64,000 nucleotides of DNA. Origin: an uncultured Chloroflexia bacterium (GTDB lineage: Bacteria > Chloroflexota > Limnocylindria > Limnocylindrales > CSP1-4). The notes under the pieces were generated by a model that saw only the letters and a list, made by a program, of their open reading frames with translations, had not been told where the DNA came from and ran no database searches. This document shows positions 38,330-48,637 of the stretch, piece after piece. Position 1 is the stretch's first letter. Every line of letters begins with the position of its first letter. Location: the NCBI GenBank assembly GCA_963768655.1, contig CAVYIM010000009.1:96001-160000 (forward strand). Direction: 5' to 3'. The translations under genes were made by a program, and so were the position numbers.

Positions 38330-39154
38330 CTACTGCGCCAGGCGCGGGTACAGTCGAGCGGCGATCGCGATCAGGACGATGGTCGATCCGATCAGCACCG
38401 CGAAGTCCAGGGCGAGCGGGAAGGTTTCGACTGCGCCCTGGACCATCAACGCCCGCAGTGCGTCGACCTGGTAGGTGAGCGGGTTGACCTGGGCGACCAC
38501 CTTGAGCCAGCCGGGCATCATGGCGATCGGGTAGATCGCGCTGCTGGCGAAGAAGAGGGGCATCGTCAGGACCTGGCCGATCCCCATGAAACGTTCCCGG
38601 GTCCGGACCAGGCAGGCGATCACGAGCGAGAACGTCGCGAAGGCGGCCGAGCCGACGACCACGACGAGGGCGACCCCGATCAACGACACCGGATCCAGCC
38701 GCAGATGCACGCCGATGAGCAATGCGACGATGTAGACCATCGCGGCCTGCACGAGCGCGCGAAGCCCGCCCGCAATCGCCTTCCCGGTGACCAGGGCGCT
38801 TCGCGCCGCTGGGCTCACCAGGTACTTGTGCAGGACGCCGAGGTCGCGCTCCCAGATGACGGCGATGCCGAAGAAGATGGCCGAGAAGAGGGCGCTCTGG
38901 GCCAGGATGCCGGGCGCCAGGAAATCCTCGTAGCCGAGGTTCCCCGTCGAGATCGCCCGAGTCTGGGCCATCACCTGTCCGAAGACGAGGAGCCACAGGA
39001 TCGGCTGGACGGCCCTCGTCAGCAGCTCGGTCGGGTCGTGGCGGAGCTTGCGCAGCTCGCCTTCGGCGATCGTCCAGGCGTCCAGGACGAACCGGATGGC
39101 GGCGGGCGGCTCAGCCCAGACGGCGGGCCGTACGACGCGTTCGAGCGACGTCAC
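38330..39154 (-). CDS. ABC-2 type permease (DrrB-like)
   Basis: FLAPGILAQS, WERDLG, MPLFFAS..YP..MPGWL..NPLTYQVDALR. Confidence 0.92.
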   Translation of the reverse strand: MTSLERVVRPAVWAEPPAAIRFVLDAWTIAEGELRKLRHDPTELLTRAVQPILWLLVFGQVMAQTRAISTGNLGYEDFLAPGILAQSALFSAIFFGIAVIWERDLGVLHKYLVSPAARSALVTGKAIAGGLRALVQAAMVYIVALLIGVHLRLDPVSLIGVALVVVVGSAAFATFSLVIACLVRTRERFMGIGQVLTMPLFFASSAIYPIAMMPGWLKVVAQVNPLTYQVDALRALMVQGAVETFPLALDFAVLIGSTIVLIAIAARLYPRLAQ

Positions 39155-39920
39155 GGTATTGACCTCCTTGCTCGCCGGTCTCGCTCAGTCCCGAGCCGGT
39201 GAAGTAAGTGAATGCGTCATCGAGGTCCTTGCCCGGCCCCGCCTGTCTGGAGAGCTCCGCCGGCGTCCCGAGGGCCACGAGCTTGCCCAGGTGCATGAAC
39301 CCGACTCGCCCGCACAGCTCGGCGGCCTCGTCCATGTAGTGCGTGGTCAGCAGGATGGTCGTTCCCTCCGCCTGACGGAGCTCCCGGATGTGGCCCCACA
39401 CGGCCCGCCGGGCGTTCGGATCCAGGCCGACGGTCGGCTCGTCGAGGAAGAGGACCTCAGGTCGGTGAAGCATCGCCTGGGCGATCTCCAGGCGGCGGAT
39501 CATCCCGCCGGAGAAGGTTCGAACGAGCCGGTCGGCTGATGCCTCCAGACCCATGAACTCGAGCGCCTCGTCGATTCGCGCGCGTCGCTGATCGCCCGGA
39601 AGGTGGTAGAGCCGGGCGCTCGACATCAGGTTCTCGCGCGCCGACAGGGCCCCATCGGAAGAGAGCAGCTGCGGTACGTAGCCGATCGAGCGCCGCACCA
39701 GGCGCGGGTCGCGCCGGATGTCGTGGCCCGCGACCGTGGCATCGCCTGCGCTCGGCGGTAGAAGCGTGATCAGCATCTTGATCGTCGTGGTCTTGCCCGC
39801 TCCGTTGGGCCCGAGCAGGCCGAAGACCTCGCCGGGCTGGACGTCCAGGTTCAGGGCATCCACCGCGGTCAGGGTGTCGAAGCGCCGGGTCAACTCGCGG
39901 GTCGAAATCGCTGGGGGCAT
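39111..39920 (-). CDS. ABC ATP-binding protein (DrrA-like)
   Basis: GPNGAGKT, FSGGMIRR, LFLDEPT, TTHYM. Confidence 0.93.
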   Translation of the reverse strand: MPPAISTRELTRRFDTLTAVDALNLDVQPGEVFGLLGPNGAGKTTTIKMLITLLPPSAGDATVAGHDIRRDPRLVRRSIGYVPQLLSSDGALSARENLMSSARLYHLPGDQRRARIDEALEFMGLEASADRLVRTFSGGMIRRLEIAQAMLHRPEVLFLDEPTVGLDPNARRAVWGHIRELRQAEGTTILLTTHYMDEAAELCGRVGFMHLGKLVALGTPAELSRQAGPGKDLDDAFTYFTGSGLSETGEQGGQYRDVARTRRTARRLG

Positions 39921-39981
39921 CGATCTCCTGCTGGCCGTCTGGGGTCCTCGAGTGCCGGCCGGACAGCGGCGGACCCAGAAC

Positions 39982-39998
39982 AGTTATCTTCGTTAACT
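39982..39998. promoter_or_regulatory. Putative MarR operator AGTTA-N7-TAACT between divergent genes
   Basis: AT-rich inverted repeat in a GC-rich background. Confidence 0.5.
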
Positions 39999-39999
39999 A

Positions 40000-40473
40000 A
40001 TGTACCATGAGTCCGTGACAGAGACGACCGCCGACCAGGTTGCTATCGCGATCCTCGAGACGATCCCGCCGTCCATGCGCGCGATTCGCGAGCAGATGCG
40101 GTCCGGCCGCGCCGCCGGCATGTCCGTGGCGCAGTTCCGGCTGCTGATCTACGTCCGGCGCCATCCCGGCACGAGCCTTTCGGCGCTGGCCGAGCACCTG
40201 GGAGCGAGCCTCCCGGCGGCCTCGCAGCTCGTCGAGCGGCTCGTCCGGTCGGGCCTGCTGACCAGGGCGCAGCACGCCGAGGAACGTCGACGCGTGGAGC
40301 TTCGTCTCACGGAGGCGGGCGCCGCGGCTCTCGCGGACTGCGACGCCCGCACGCGGACCTGGCTGTGCGGGCGGCTTTCCGGTCTGGACGACCGCGATCT
40401 CGCGCGGCTTGCCGGCGCCCTCGGGGAGCTCCGCGAGCTGCTCGCCGCGGCGGTGCGTGACGCCACCGAGTGA
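40000..40473 (+). CDS. MarR-family regulator (start possibly GTG 40015)
   Basis: LSALAEHLG..ASQLVERLVRSGLLTR..ERRRVELRLTEAG. Confidence 0.9.
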   Translation: MYHESVTETTADQVAIAILETIPPSMRAIREQMRSGRAAGMSVAQFRLLIYVRRHPGTSLSALAEHLGASLPAASQLVERLVRSGLLTRAQHAEERRRVELRLTEAGAAALADCDARTRTWLCGRLSGLDDRDLARLAGALGELRELLAAAVRDATE

Positions 40474-40552
40474 TAGTACGACGCTATTGACAGACACCCG
40501 CAGAAGCTAGACACTACCACCCGCGAGTTACAGCATAAAGGTGGTGTCTACC

Positions 40553-42135
40553 ATGACTGAGTCCACGCCCCGACGCTTCAGCCGGATCTCCGACCGCTGG
40601 CTGGCCCTCGGTGCCCTGACGCTCGCCCTGATGACTATCGGGCTGGACGCCACGGTGCTCAATCTGGCCCTGCCGACGCTCTCGAAGTCGCTCGGCGCCT
40701 CGGAGTCGCAGCTCCAATGGTTCGTCACCGCCTACACCCTTGCTCTCGCCGCGGCAATGCTGCCCGCCGGGCTGCTGGGCGATCGCTACGGCCGCAAGAC
40801 GGTCCTCGTCGGGGCGCTGGTCGTCTTCGGCATCATGTCGGTGGCGTGCGCCTACTCGCCCAACGCGAATGCGTTCATCGCCGCCCGCACCGTGCTGGGC
40901 GTCGCCGGGGCCGCGCTCACGGTCATGTCGCTCTCCGTAGTGACGGTCCTCTTCTCGGAGGCCGAACGGCCGCGGGCGATGGGCATCTGGGCTGCCGGCA
41001 ACTTCCTTGCCCTGCCGCTCGGCCCGATCGTCGGCGGTTACGTGCTGTCTCACTTCTGGTGGGGCTGGGTCTTCCTGATGAACGTGCCGGTGGTGCTGAT
41101 CGGCCTGGCTGTCGCTGTCGCGTTCGTGCCCCAGTCCCGCAGCGAGCGGCGGCCCAGCATCGACATCCTGGGCGTGGTGCTGTCGAGTGCGGGACTGGCC
41201 TTGCTGATGTACGGCCTGGTCGAGGCCGGCGACAACGGCTGGGGCTCGGCGAGCGCCACTGTCCCGTCGATCGCAGCCGTGGCGACGCTGACGGCCTTCG
41301 TCCTGTGGGAGGCCTGGTTGACCGCCCGGCCACACGGCGAGCCGCTGGTCGATCTGGGGCTCTTTCGTTCGCGCAGCTTCAGCGTGGGCGTCGTCCTCAC
41401 GGCGGCCGGCATCTTCGGGATGTATGGCGTCTTGTTCATGTTGCCTCAGTACCTGCAGGCGATTATGGGCGTCGACGCCCAGGGCGCGGGCCTGCGCTTC
41501 CTGCCAGCGATCCTGGATTGGTCGTCGGGGCGATTCCGGCGGATCGAGTCGCGGCCCGGCTCGGCTCGAAGATCACCGTCGCGCTCGGGCTGGCGATACT
41601 GGCGGGCGGAATGCTCGCCGGGAGCGCCATGACCGCGACCACCGGCGACGGCTACATCGCGGCCTTCACCTTCGTCGTGGGCGTCGGCTCCGGCCTTGGA
41701 CTCGCCACCGCGGCGTCGGCCGCGGTCGCGGAGCTGTCCGCGGAGCGGAGCGGCGTCGGCGCGGCGCTGGTCCAGGCGATCGTCAAGCTCGGACCGGCTT
41801 TCGGGGCCACGATCCTCGGCAGCGTTCTCAACTCCACGTACCAGGGCCACGTGTCGGCGTCGGGTCTGCCTGCCACCGCGGCCGCTACGGTCCAGAAGAG
41901 CGTGTTCGGCGGCCTGGCCGTGGCCGCGCAGCTCGGCTCGCCGGCGCTCGCCGACTCGGTTCGGGCCGCCTTCGTGGCCGGGATGGACGACGCGTCCCGT
42001 GTGGCCGCGGTGATCGCCGTCGCGGCGATGGTCGGAGCGCTGGTCCTGCTGCCCCGGCGGTCCCCGGCCGTGGCCTCCGACAGCGCCGTTTCGGCTGGCG
42101 CGGCAGCGACTGGAGGCGCCACAATGGCGCCATGA
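40553..42135 (+). CDS. DHA2-family MFS efflux transporter (single frameshift near 41515)
   Basis: LDATVLNLALP, GDRYGRK, WGWVFLMNVP; continues in another frame to FVAGM.. Confidence 0.85.
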
Positions 42136-42734
42136 GCGAGTCGCCGACGATCGACAAACCCGGGTTGCGCGAACGCAAGAAAGCCAGGACGCGAGCCGCG
42201 ATCCAGGAGCACGCCCTGCGGCTCTTCCGCGAGCAGGGCTACGACGCCACCACGGTCGAGCAGATCGCCGAGGCGGCGGAAGTCTCGCCCAGCACCTTCT
42301 TCCGCTACTTCCCCACGAAGGAAGACGTCGTCGCCTACGACGCCCTGGACCCCGTGGTCATGGCGGCCTGGCGGGCTCAGCCACTCGACGTCGGGCCGAT
42401 CCGAGCCTTTCGCAACTCGCTGGTCGAGGTGTTCCGGGCCATGACCTCCGACCAGATCGCCGAATTGATGGACAGGGGCCGCCTTCTCTTCTCCCTGCCC
42501 GAGCTGCGGCAAGTGGCGATCAACGAGCTCATTCGCTCCGGCGAGATGGTCACCGACGAACTGGCCGCCCGGCTGGGCCGGCCGGCGGACGACTTCGAGC
42601 TGCGGATCTTCTCCGGCGCCGTCATGGGCGCCCTGACGGCCGCGCTGATCCCCATGCTGGACGACGCATCAATCGACATGATGGCCCAGCTCGATCGAGC
42701 CTTCGAGTTTCTCGAAAAGGGCATGCCGCTCTAG
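42132..42734 (+). CDS. TetR-family regulator
   Basis: GLRERKKARTR..GYDATTVEQIAEAAEVSPSTFFRYFPTKED. Confidence 0.93.
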   Translation: MSESPTIDKPGLRERKKARTRAAIQEHALRLFREQGYDATTVEQIAEAAEVSPSTFFRYFPTKEDVVAYDALDPVVMAAWRAQPLDVGPIRAFRNSLVEVFRAMTSDQIAELMDRGRLLFSLPELRQVAINELIRSGEMVTDELAARLGRPADDFELRIFSGAVMGALTAALIPMLDDASIDMMAQLDRAFEFLEKGMPL

Positions 42735-42809
42735 TCCTTCCGGCTGGGCCGGGCGGGTCAAGTCTGCCCGACGCGAACCCGACGCCTACAGCGACCGATT
42801 CGCAACAGG

Positions 42810-44004
42810 ATGGGCTGCACGACCATGGTTCGACTCGCGGGCGCACCGGCGTCGCGCGGCGGCGCTGCCGCGCCGGCCGCCGCCCCGACCCGAGACCGAA
42901 GGGGCCGTCACGATACTCCCGCCTTCCCGCCGTCGCCGCGCACCCAGGAGCCGGCGCCACGGCCCGCGCCGGCCGTGCCCCGCCTCGATCCGATCCTCGA
43001 CGAGCCGCCGGACGGCGAGCGCCACTTCCGGATCCTGATCGAGCAGGCCGCCGATGGGATTCTCGTCACGGACGGCGCGGGGCGGATCACCCTGGCCAAC
43101 TCCGCGGCATGCGAGATGAGCGGCTACGGCCCCGATGAGATCATCGGCCTGGACCTGCTGGACACGTACCTGCCCGAGGAGCGAGAGGCGGGTCGCCGGC
43201 GCCAGGCCCGGATGCCGGCGGGAACGGCTCTTCGATTCGAGCGCCTCCTCCGCCGCAAGAGCGGCTCGAGATCACGATCGACGTCAGCGTGGCCTGGCTT
43301 CCGAATGGCGAGTGCCAGTCGATCATGCGCGACATCTCGGCCCGCAAGCAAGCCGAAGACGAGCTGCGCCGGCTGGCCGGGGATCTCGAATGCCGGGTGG
43401 AGGAGCGTGACCGCGAGTTCGAGCACGCCAACGCCGAGCTGGAGGCGGCCAACGCGGAGCTGGCTGCGGCGAATCGCGAGCTGCAGAGCATGCTGCGTGA
43501 GCAGGAGCGGCTGCAGGCCGAGCTGGCTTACCGGGCGATGCACGACCCGCTGACCGGCCTGGCCAACCGCATCATGTTCGGAGAGCGTCTCGACCACGCC
43601 ATCCGAGTCGGCGAGCGCGGCGTGGCCGTGGTCTGGATCGACCTGGACCACTTCAAGGAGGTCAATGACATATTCGGCCACGACGTGGGCGACGAGATGC
43701 TGGTGGCGGTAGCGGATCGGCTCCGCGATGTGGTCCGCGAAACGGACGACATCGCCCGCATGGGCGGTGACGAATTCGCCGTCATTCTGCCAAACGTCAT
43801 CGAGACGGAAGCGCAAATGGTCGCCGAGCGAATCCTCGTCGCTCTCTCCGACAGGGACGCATTTCGACTTCAGATGGGCGCCAGCGTCGGCATCGCCTGG
43901 CAGCGCCCGGCAGGCGGCGACGTGGTGACTCTGGTGCGACGTGCCGACGAGGCGATGTATCGCGCCAAGACCGCCGGCGGGGCGGCATGGCGGTCACGTA
44001 CTGA
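42810..44004 (+). CDS. PAS-coiled coil-GGDEF diguanylate cyclase (frameshifts near 43266 and probably 43982)
   Basis: PAS LIEQAADGILVTD..N..CEMSGY; HDPLTGLANR, DLDHFKEVND, ARMGGDEF, ADEAMYRAK. Confidence 0.8.
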
Positions 44005-44133
44005 GACAGTAGACAAAGCGCGTGCGATGCGTGTACCCTCCGGCCAACGGGCCAATAGGCCCCGGAATCCAGCGGCTGCCACGATCGCTCCTCTCAACGG
44101 TTCTCGGCGAGACAGACGTGTCGCTGAGGCCGC

Positions 44134-44481
44134 ATGAGCAAGGAGCGTTCTTTGTACGCATCGGACAAGACCCTGGTTTGCCAGGACTGCAACCAGGAGT
44201 TCGTCTTCAGCGCGAGCGAGCAGGCCTTCTTCGCTGAGCGACAGTTCAGCGAGCCGCGCCGCTGCCCCTCGTGCCGTGCCGCCCGCAAGGCCCAGCGCGG
44301 TGATTTCGGTGGCGGTTCCCACATGGGTGGTGGCGGCAGCCGCGGTGGCTACTCCTCCGGCCCGCGTGAGATGTTCTCGGCGACGTGCTCGAGCTGCGGC
44401 CGCGAGGCCCAGGTCCCGTTCCGGCCGAGTGGCGCCAAGCCTGTCTACTGCAGCGACTGCTTCACTGCCCGTCGCGGGTAG
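44134..44481 (+). CDS. Zinc-ribbon / CxxC-x17-CxxC domain protein
   Basis: DKTLVCQDC..FVF..EQ.FF..PRRCPSC; REMFSATCSSCG..VPF.P..KPVYCSDCF. Confidence 0.9.
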   Translation: MSKERSLYASDKTLVCQDCNQEFVFSASEQAFFAERQFSEPRRCPSCRAARKAQRGDFGGGSHMGGGGSRGGYSSGPREMFSATCSSCGREAQVPFRPSGAKPVYCSDCFTARRG

Positions 44482-44510
44482 TACCCGGCCGAAAGGCCAC
44501 AGCGCAAAAC

Positions 44511-44540
44511 GAGAGCCCGGCGATTTCGCCGGGCTCTTTC
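44511..44540 (+). terminator. Rho-independent terminator
   Basis: gagagcccggcga-tt-tcgccgggctct followed by ttc. Confidence 0.75.
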
Positions 44541-44645
44541 AATTCGCCCGATCATGCGCCACGGCCCGTTGATCCGGCATCTTTCGGCGAGCCAGTGTTC
44601 GATGGCGGCCCGCGCCGTTCGGCAGGCACCGCGCACCTTCGGCGG

Positions 44646-45977
44646 CTATTTCGCCAGCAAGGTCTGCACCAGCTGCGCCGACACGGTCTGGGTTTGCGTC
44701 CATTCGTCGTTGGTGAGGATCACGATCGTGATGCCGTAGTCCGGCAGGTACCACATCGCCGACCAGAAGCCGTCGAGATGGCCGCGGTGACCCCAGGCCA
44801 TCTGTTTGTCGATGGTGGTTCGCTCGAAGCCGTAGCCGTATGGGTATTTGGTGTACGGCAGCGTCGGCGACACGTCGGTCATCGAAGCCAGCTCCGCCTC
44901 GTCCAGCACACCGCCGCCGTAGAGAGCGGAGGCCCAGCGCGCCAGGTCGGAAGCGGTCGAGACGAACCCGCCCGAGGTCCACGCCACGGTCGCCTCGGAG
45001 TTGTAGGGCAGCATGCTCTGGCCGACCGACACGTCCCGTGGCCTGCTCGCCGTGTTCATATAGCCCTGGGCGAAGTTCGTGGTGGCGACCTTCTCCTCGG
45101 GCTGGAACCAGGTGTTCTTCATGCCCAGAGGATCGAGGAATTGCGAACGAACGAGCGAGGCGATGGTCTTGCCGGTTGCCTTCTCGATCACGACCCCCAG
45201 CAGGATGTAGTTGGTGTTGGAGTACTCGTAGCCGCGCCCCGGCGAGAAGTACGGCTTGCCGATGCGGGCGAGCACCTCGTTCACCGTCCACATCTGGCTC
45301 GGGTTCGCAAGGATGGCGTCGGCCATGCCCGGCGAGGTGAAGACGTCGTGGATGCCGCTGCGATGATCGAGCAGCTCGCTCAACGTGATGTGACTGGCGT
45401 TGGGGAACGTCGGCACGTACTTGGAGAGCGGGTCGTTGAGGCTGATGGTGCCCTGCTCGGCGAGCCGCAGCGCCAGGGCCGCCACGAAGGTCTTGCTGAT
45501 GCTGCCAACCGAGAAGAGGGTGTTGGCCGTGACCGGCGTCTTGCTCGCCAGGATGGCCGAGCCGGACTGGCCGGTCCACATCGATCCATCCGGGAAGACC
45601 ACGGCGGCGGAAATGCCGGCGAGCCTTCCGCCGGCCCGAGCGGCGTTGAGGGCCGTTTGCAGATTGGCCGCCATCGTGGGGTTGAGGACCGCGGCCGGCG
45701 CGGCGGCGGGTGGATCCGGCTGAGACACCGGAACGGGGTAAATAGCCTCGACGGGTGGTGCTGGTGTGCCGCTGGATACCGGTGTGCCTGCTGGTTCAGG
45801 ACTTCCGGCTGGCCCTGCTGTGCCCGTGGGCGTGATCGCGAGGCCGGGCGTCGTGGTCCCGGAGCGAGGCGGAGTTGGTGTGGCGCCGCCACACGCTGCG
45901 ACGGCCATGACGATGGCCATCGCCAACGCCAACGCTCGCCCGGTGGCGCCTAAGGCTGGGCTCGAATGGTCGGACAC
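44646..45977 (-). CDS. Serine hydrolase lipoprotein (beta-lactamase/D-Ala-D-Ala carboxypeptidase family); start uncertain
   Basis: Lipobox VAAC, SISK, LLDHRSG, YSNTNY, HRG. Confidence 0.88.
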   Translation of the reverse strand: MSDHSSPALGATGRALALAMAIVMAVAACGGATPTPPRSGTTTPGLAITPTGTAGPAGSPEPAGTPVSSGTPAPPVEAIYPVPVSQPDPPAAAPAAVLNPTMAANLQTALNAARAGGRLAGISAAVVFPDGSMWTGQSGSAILASKTPVTANTLFSVGSISKTFVAALALRLAEQGTISLNDPLSKYVPTFPNASHITLSELLDHRSGIHDVFTSPGMADAILANPSQMWTVNEVLARIGKPYFSPGRGYEYSNTNYILLGVVIEKATGKTIASLVRSQFLDPLGMKNTWFQPEEKVATTNFAQGYMNTASRPRDVSVGQSMLPYNSEATVAWTSGGFVSTASDLARWASALYGGGVLDEAELASMTDVSPTLPYTKYPYGYGFERTTIDKQMAWGHRGHLDGFWSAMWYLPDYGITIVILTNDEWTQTQTVSAQLVQTLLAK

Positions 45978-46138
45978 GCCGCCATCATGCAACAGCCGGG
46001 CGGGTGTTGTCCGGCGCACGCACGGATCGCCGACGCCGGCCACGGGCGGCGGCTCCGGCCAGTGCGGCCGGAGTCGTGCTCGAGTATGTCCGGGCCGCGG
46101 CGCGGCCGCGGCCTACCGGGCCCGCAACCTGCGCTCGG

Positions 46139-46852
46139 TCAGCGACGCCCGCCGCCGAAGATGCGGAGCAGCATCAGGAAGATGTTGACGAACTCGATGT
46201 AGAGAAGGATGGCGCCGAGCACGGATGCCTTTTCCATGGAGCCGGTACGTGCCGCGAACTCGCCCCTGGAGATCCGCTGCGTCGTCCAGGCCGCCAGCGC
46301 CGTGAAGATCACCACACCCACGACTGAGAGCACCAGGTCCAGCGTCGAGCTCTGGACGAGGAACCCGTTGATCAGGAACGCGAAGAAGAGGCCCCAGGCG
46401 CCCATGAACAGGTAGGCGCCCATGCTCGCCAGCGAGCGCTTGGTCACGATGCCGTAGAGGGCGGCTCCGCCGAACGCGGCCGAGGCTGAGACGAACGCCT
46501 GGACAACTGACATCGGGTTGCCGTTGGCGGTGGCGTAGTACCACACCCAGACACCGATCGTCAGGCCCATCAGGGCCGCATAGACGAAGAAGAGGGCCAG
46601 GGCCACGCCAGCGTTGAGGCGGCGGATGCCCCACTGGATCCCGAGACCCAGGCCGAGCTGGGCGATGAAGAGAGGAATAAGCCAATCGGCGACCGATTCG
46701 GTGAGGCTCAGATTGCTCTGGACAATCCAGGCGATCATGCCGCTCAGCAGGACGCCCAGGAACATCCACAGAAATGCGTCGATGAGGAACCGGTTGGCGA
46801 GTTGAGCTGTCGGGCGAACGCCCAGCCGCTCCGGCGAGTAGTCGTTGTACAC
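46139..46852 (-). CDS. Bax inhibitor-1/YccA family membrane protein
   Basis: FFVYAALMGLT, YGIVTKRSL, LYIEFVNIFLMLLRI; GTG after GGAGG. Confidence 0.9.
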   Translation of the reverse strand: MYNDYSPERLGVRPTAQLANRFLIDAFLWMFLGVLLSGMIAWIVQSNLSLTESVADWLIPLFIAQLGLGLGIQWGIRRLNAGVALALFFVYAALMGLTIGVWVWYYATANGNPMSVVQAFVSASAAFGGAALYGIVTKRSLASMGAYLFMGAWGLFFAFLINGFLVQSSTLDLVLSVVGVVIFTALAAWTTQRISRGEFAARTGSMEKASVLGAILLYIEFVNIFLMLLRIFGGGRR

Positions 46853-47032
46853 CGATCTCCTCCGATATGAGGCTTGACCGAGGCTGGCACCGAGTGGCCC
46901 GTCGCCCTCAGACACGCGACCCGAAGGTCGCGTGCTGGCTCGATCCTACGCCACCCGGACGAACTCGGGGCGCGCATCACGCCGAGGCCCGAGGCCCCCG
47001 GGCCCGCCGGCCGCCGGGGCCGGGGCGGCGTC

Positions 47033-47674
47033 TCAGCGGTCCCGGTGCGTCCTCGAGGGCGTGGCGGAGTGAGACTCGCCCTGCTCGGCGGCTCGGGCCA
47101 GGATCCAGAGGAGGTCGGCGAGGCGATTCAGATACGGCACGAGTTGGTCGCCGGCGACCGGCTCCACCTTGCGGACCGCGACGGCTCGCCGCTCCGCCCG
47201 GCGCACGATCGTCCGCGCCAGCTCGAGCGAGGCCGAGAGCCGCGTCTCGCCCGGCACGACGAACTCCTTCGGGAGTCTGACGTGCTCCTCGGTTTCGTCG
47301 AGCAGCGCATCGAGGCCGCTCACCATCTGCGCGGTCACTCGCGTCTCACCGGGGCGCTGACGATCCGCCGCGCCGGGGGCCGTCGCTAGCTCGGCGCCCG
47401 CGACGAAGAGCTCGCGCTGAACGCGCAGGAGAACATCGGGCAGCCCGGCGATGACGCGCGGCAACGTTCCGAGCTCGGCCTTGACCGCCAGCTCAGCGCG
47501 AGCGAGGCCGAGCGCGGCGATCGCCTCGTCGATGGCCCCGAAGGCTTCCGTGCGGGGGTCGTCCTTGGAGATGCGGTCGCCGCCGAAGAGGAGTCCGGTC
47601 GTGCCGTCGTCGCCGCGCCCTGTCGCCACGGCCGACTTGCGCCGGCTGTTGCCGCGTCCGCCGTTCTCGCTCAT
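47033..47674 (-). CDS. pduO: PduO-type corrinoid adenosyltransferase
   Basis: TGRGDDGTTGL, AFGAIDE, ARTIVRRAER, YLNRLADLLW. Confidence 0.9.
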   Translation of the reverse strand: MSENGGRGNSRRKSAVATGRGDDGTTGLLFGGDRISKDDPRTEAFGAIDEAIAALGLARAELAVKAELGTLPRVIAGLPDVLLRVQRELFVAGAELATAPGAADRQRPGETRVTAQMVSGLDALLDETEEHVRLPKEFVVPGETRLSASLELARTIVRRAERRAVAVRKVEPVAGDQLVPYLNRLADLLWILARAAEQGESHSATPSRTHRDR

Positions 47675-47698
47675 GGCCTCCCCTCGATCGCTAGAGGC

Positions 47699-48064
47699 TC
47701 ACCACATCAAGCCGGCGTCGCGGGGATCCCACCGCTCGGCCAGCAGCGTGACTTTGACCGGATGCTCGAGCACCGACTCCGCCTGGTCCCTGATCTGCTG
47801 GACCATCGAGCCGGCATATGGGCAGAAGGGTGTCGTCAGGATCATCTTGATCTCGGACGCCTCGCTGCCAATGATGATCTGCTTGATGAGGGCCAGCTCG
47901 ACGACGTCCATCCCCAGTTCGGGGTCGACGACGGCCCGGAGGGCATCCAGGAGGGCCAGCTCGGTAGCCCGGCGGGTCAAGTCGAAGACGGGCTCGGCCT
48001 CTGCAGGCGAGGGCGCGGTGGTGTCGGCGGCAGGGGCCTCGACGGCCCGCATGGGTTCGCTCAT
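47699..48064 (-). CDS. DUF59/SufT metal-sulfur cluster assembly factor
   Basis: VDPELGMDVVELALI, LTTPFCP, W-DP. Confidence 0.9.
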   Translation of the reverse strand: MSEPMRAVEAPAADTTAPSPAEAEPVFDLTRRATELALLDALRAVVDPELGMDVVELALIKQIIIGSEASEIKMILTTPFCPYAGSMVQQIRDQAESVLEHPVKVTLLAERWDPRDAGLMW

Positions 48065-48074
48065 GGCGTTCTAT

Positions 48075-48095
48075 ATCCTAGCAGTTTCGTCGGAA
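48075..48095 (-). promoter_or_regulatory. Second putative Rrf2 operator upstream of DUF59 gene
   Basis: Minus strand TTCCGAC-N7-CTAGGAT, same half-site and spacing as 30281-30301. Confidence 0.55.
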
Positions 48096-48222
48096 TAGTG
48101 GAATCTGGGGAGCGCACGTCTCCCCGATCGAATCTGTGTCTGCATGTGGGCGGAACCGCCGCCGATCGCAAGGATGTACCGATCCCTGTCCCGACTGCCC
48201 ACCAGGCGGGCCGGCTATGTGG

Positions 48223-48573
48223 CTACGCGGAGGCCTTCGCCCCTCGAGCGGCTCCGGGCTTGCCGGCGACCACGATGCCGGGGAGGCGCAGATCCTCGGG
48301 CAGGAGCGCCGCATCTTCGGCCGTCAGGCCCGGGCCGGCAAGTGACCCGTCGCGCCCGAAGAACTCGCGGTAGCGCTCGCGGTGCTCGGCGGCGTAGCGA
48401 TAGGCATGGGCGATGCCGACGATGCGCAGCTCGGGATGCTCGGCCAGCAGGCGGGCCGGGTCGTAGCCGGAACGGCGCAGCTCCAGAAGCTGGCGGACGG
48501 TCAGGCGCGTGCCGTAGCAGAACGGCTCGCCGCGCATGACGAGCGGATCGACCATCACCCACTTGATCGTCAC
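48223..48573 (-). CDS. DUF433 domain protein
   Basis: VDPLVMRGEPFCYGTRLTV..LL..G..LLAEHPEL. Confidence 0.75.
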   Translation of the reverse strand: MTIKWVMVDPLVMRGEPFCYGTRLTVRQLLELRRSGYDPARLLAEHPELRIVGIAHAYRYAAEHRERYREFFGRDGSLAGPGLTAEDAALLPEDLRLPGIVVAGKPGAARGAKASA

Positions 48574-48637
48574 GGCTGCCTCCGGTCCGTGGTCCGCCCC
48601 GGGTTCGTCGCGCCCGCCGGGGCCCGATGTGCGGCGC

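Noticed and set aside
41505-41525. Programmed frameshift or pseudogene in the MFS gene
   Set aside because: One missing G in a short run restores AILGLVVG; most likely a sequencing error.
43255-44004. Split PAS and GGDEF genes, or a long GGDEF C-tail to 44137
   Set aside because: Single-base insertions in short C/G runs restore KSGLEITIDV and GGGGMAVTY-stop; likely sequencing errors.
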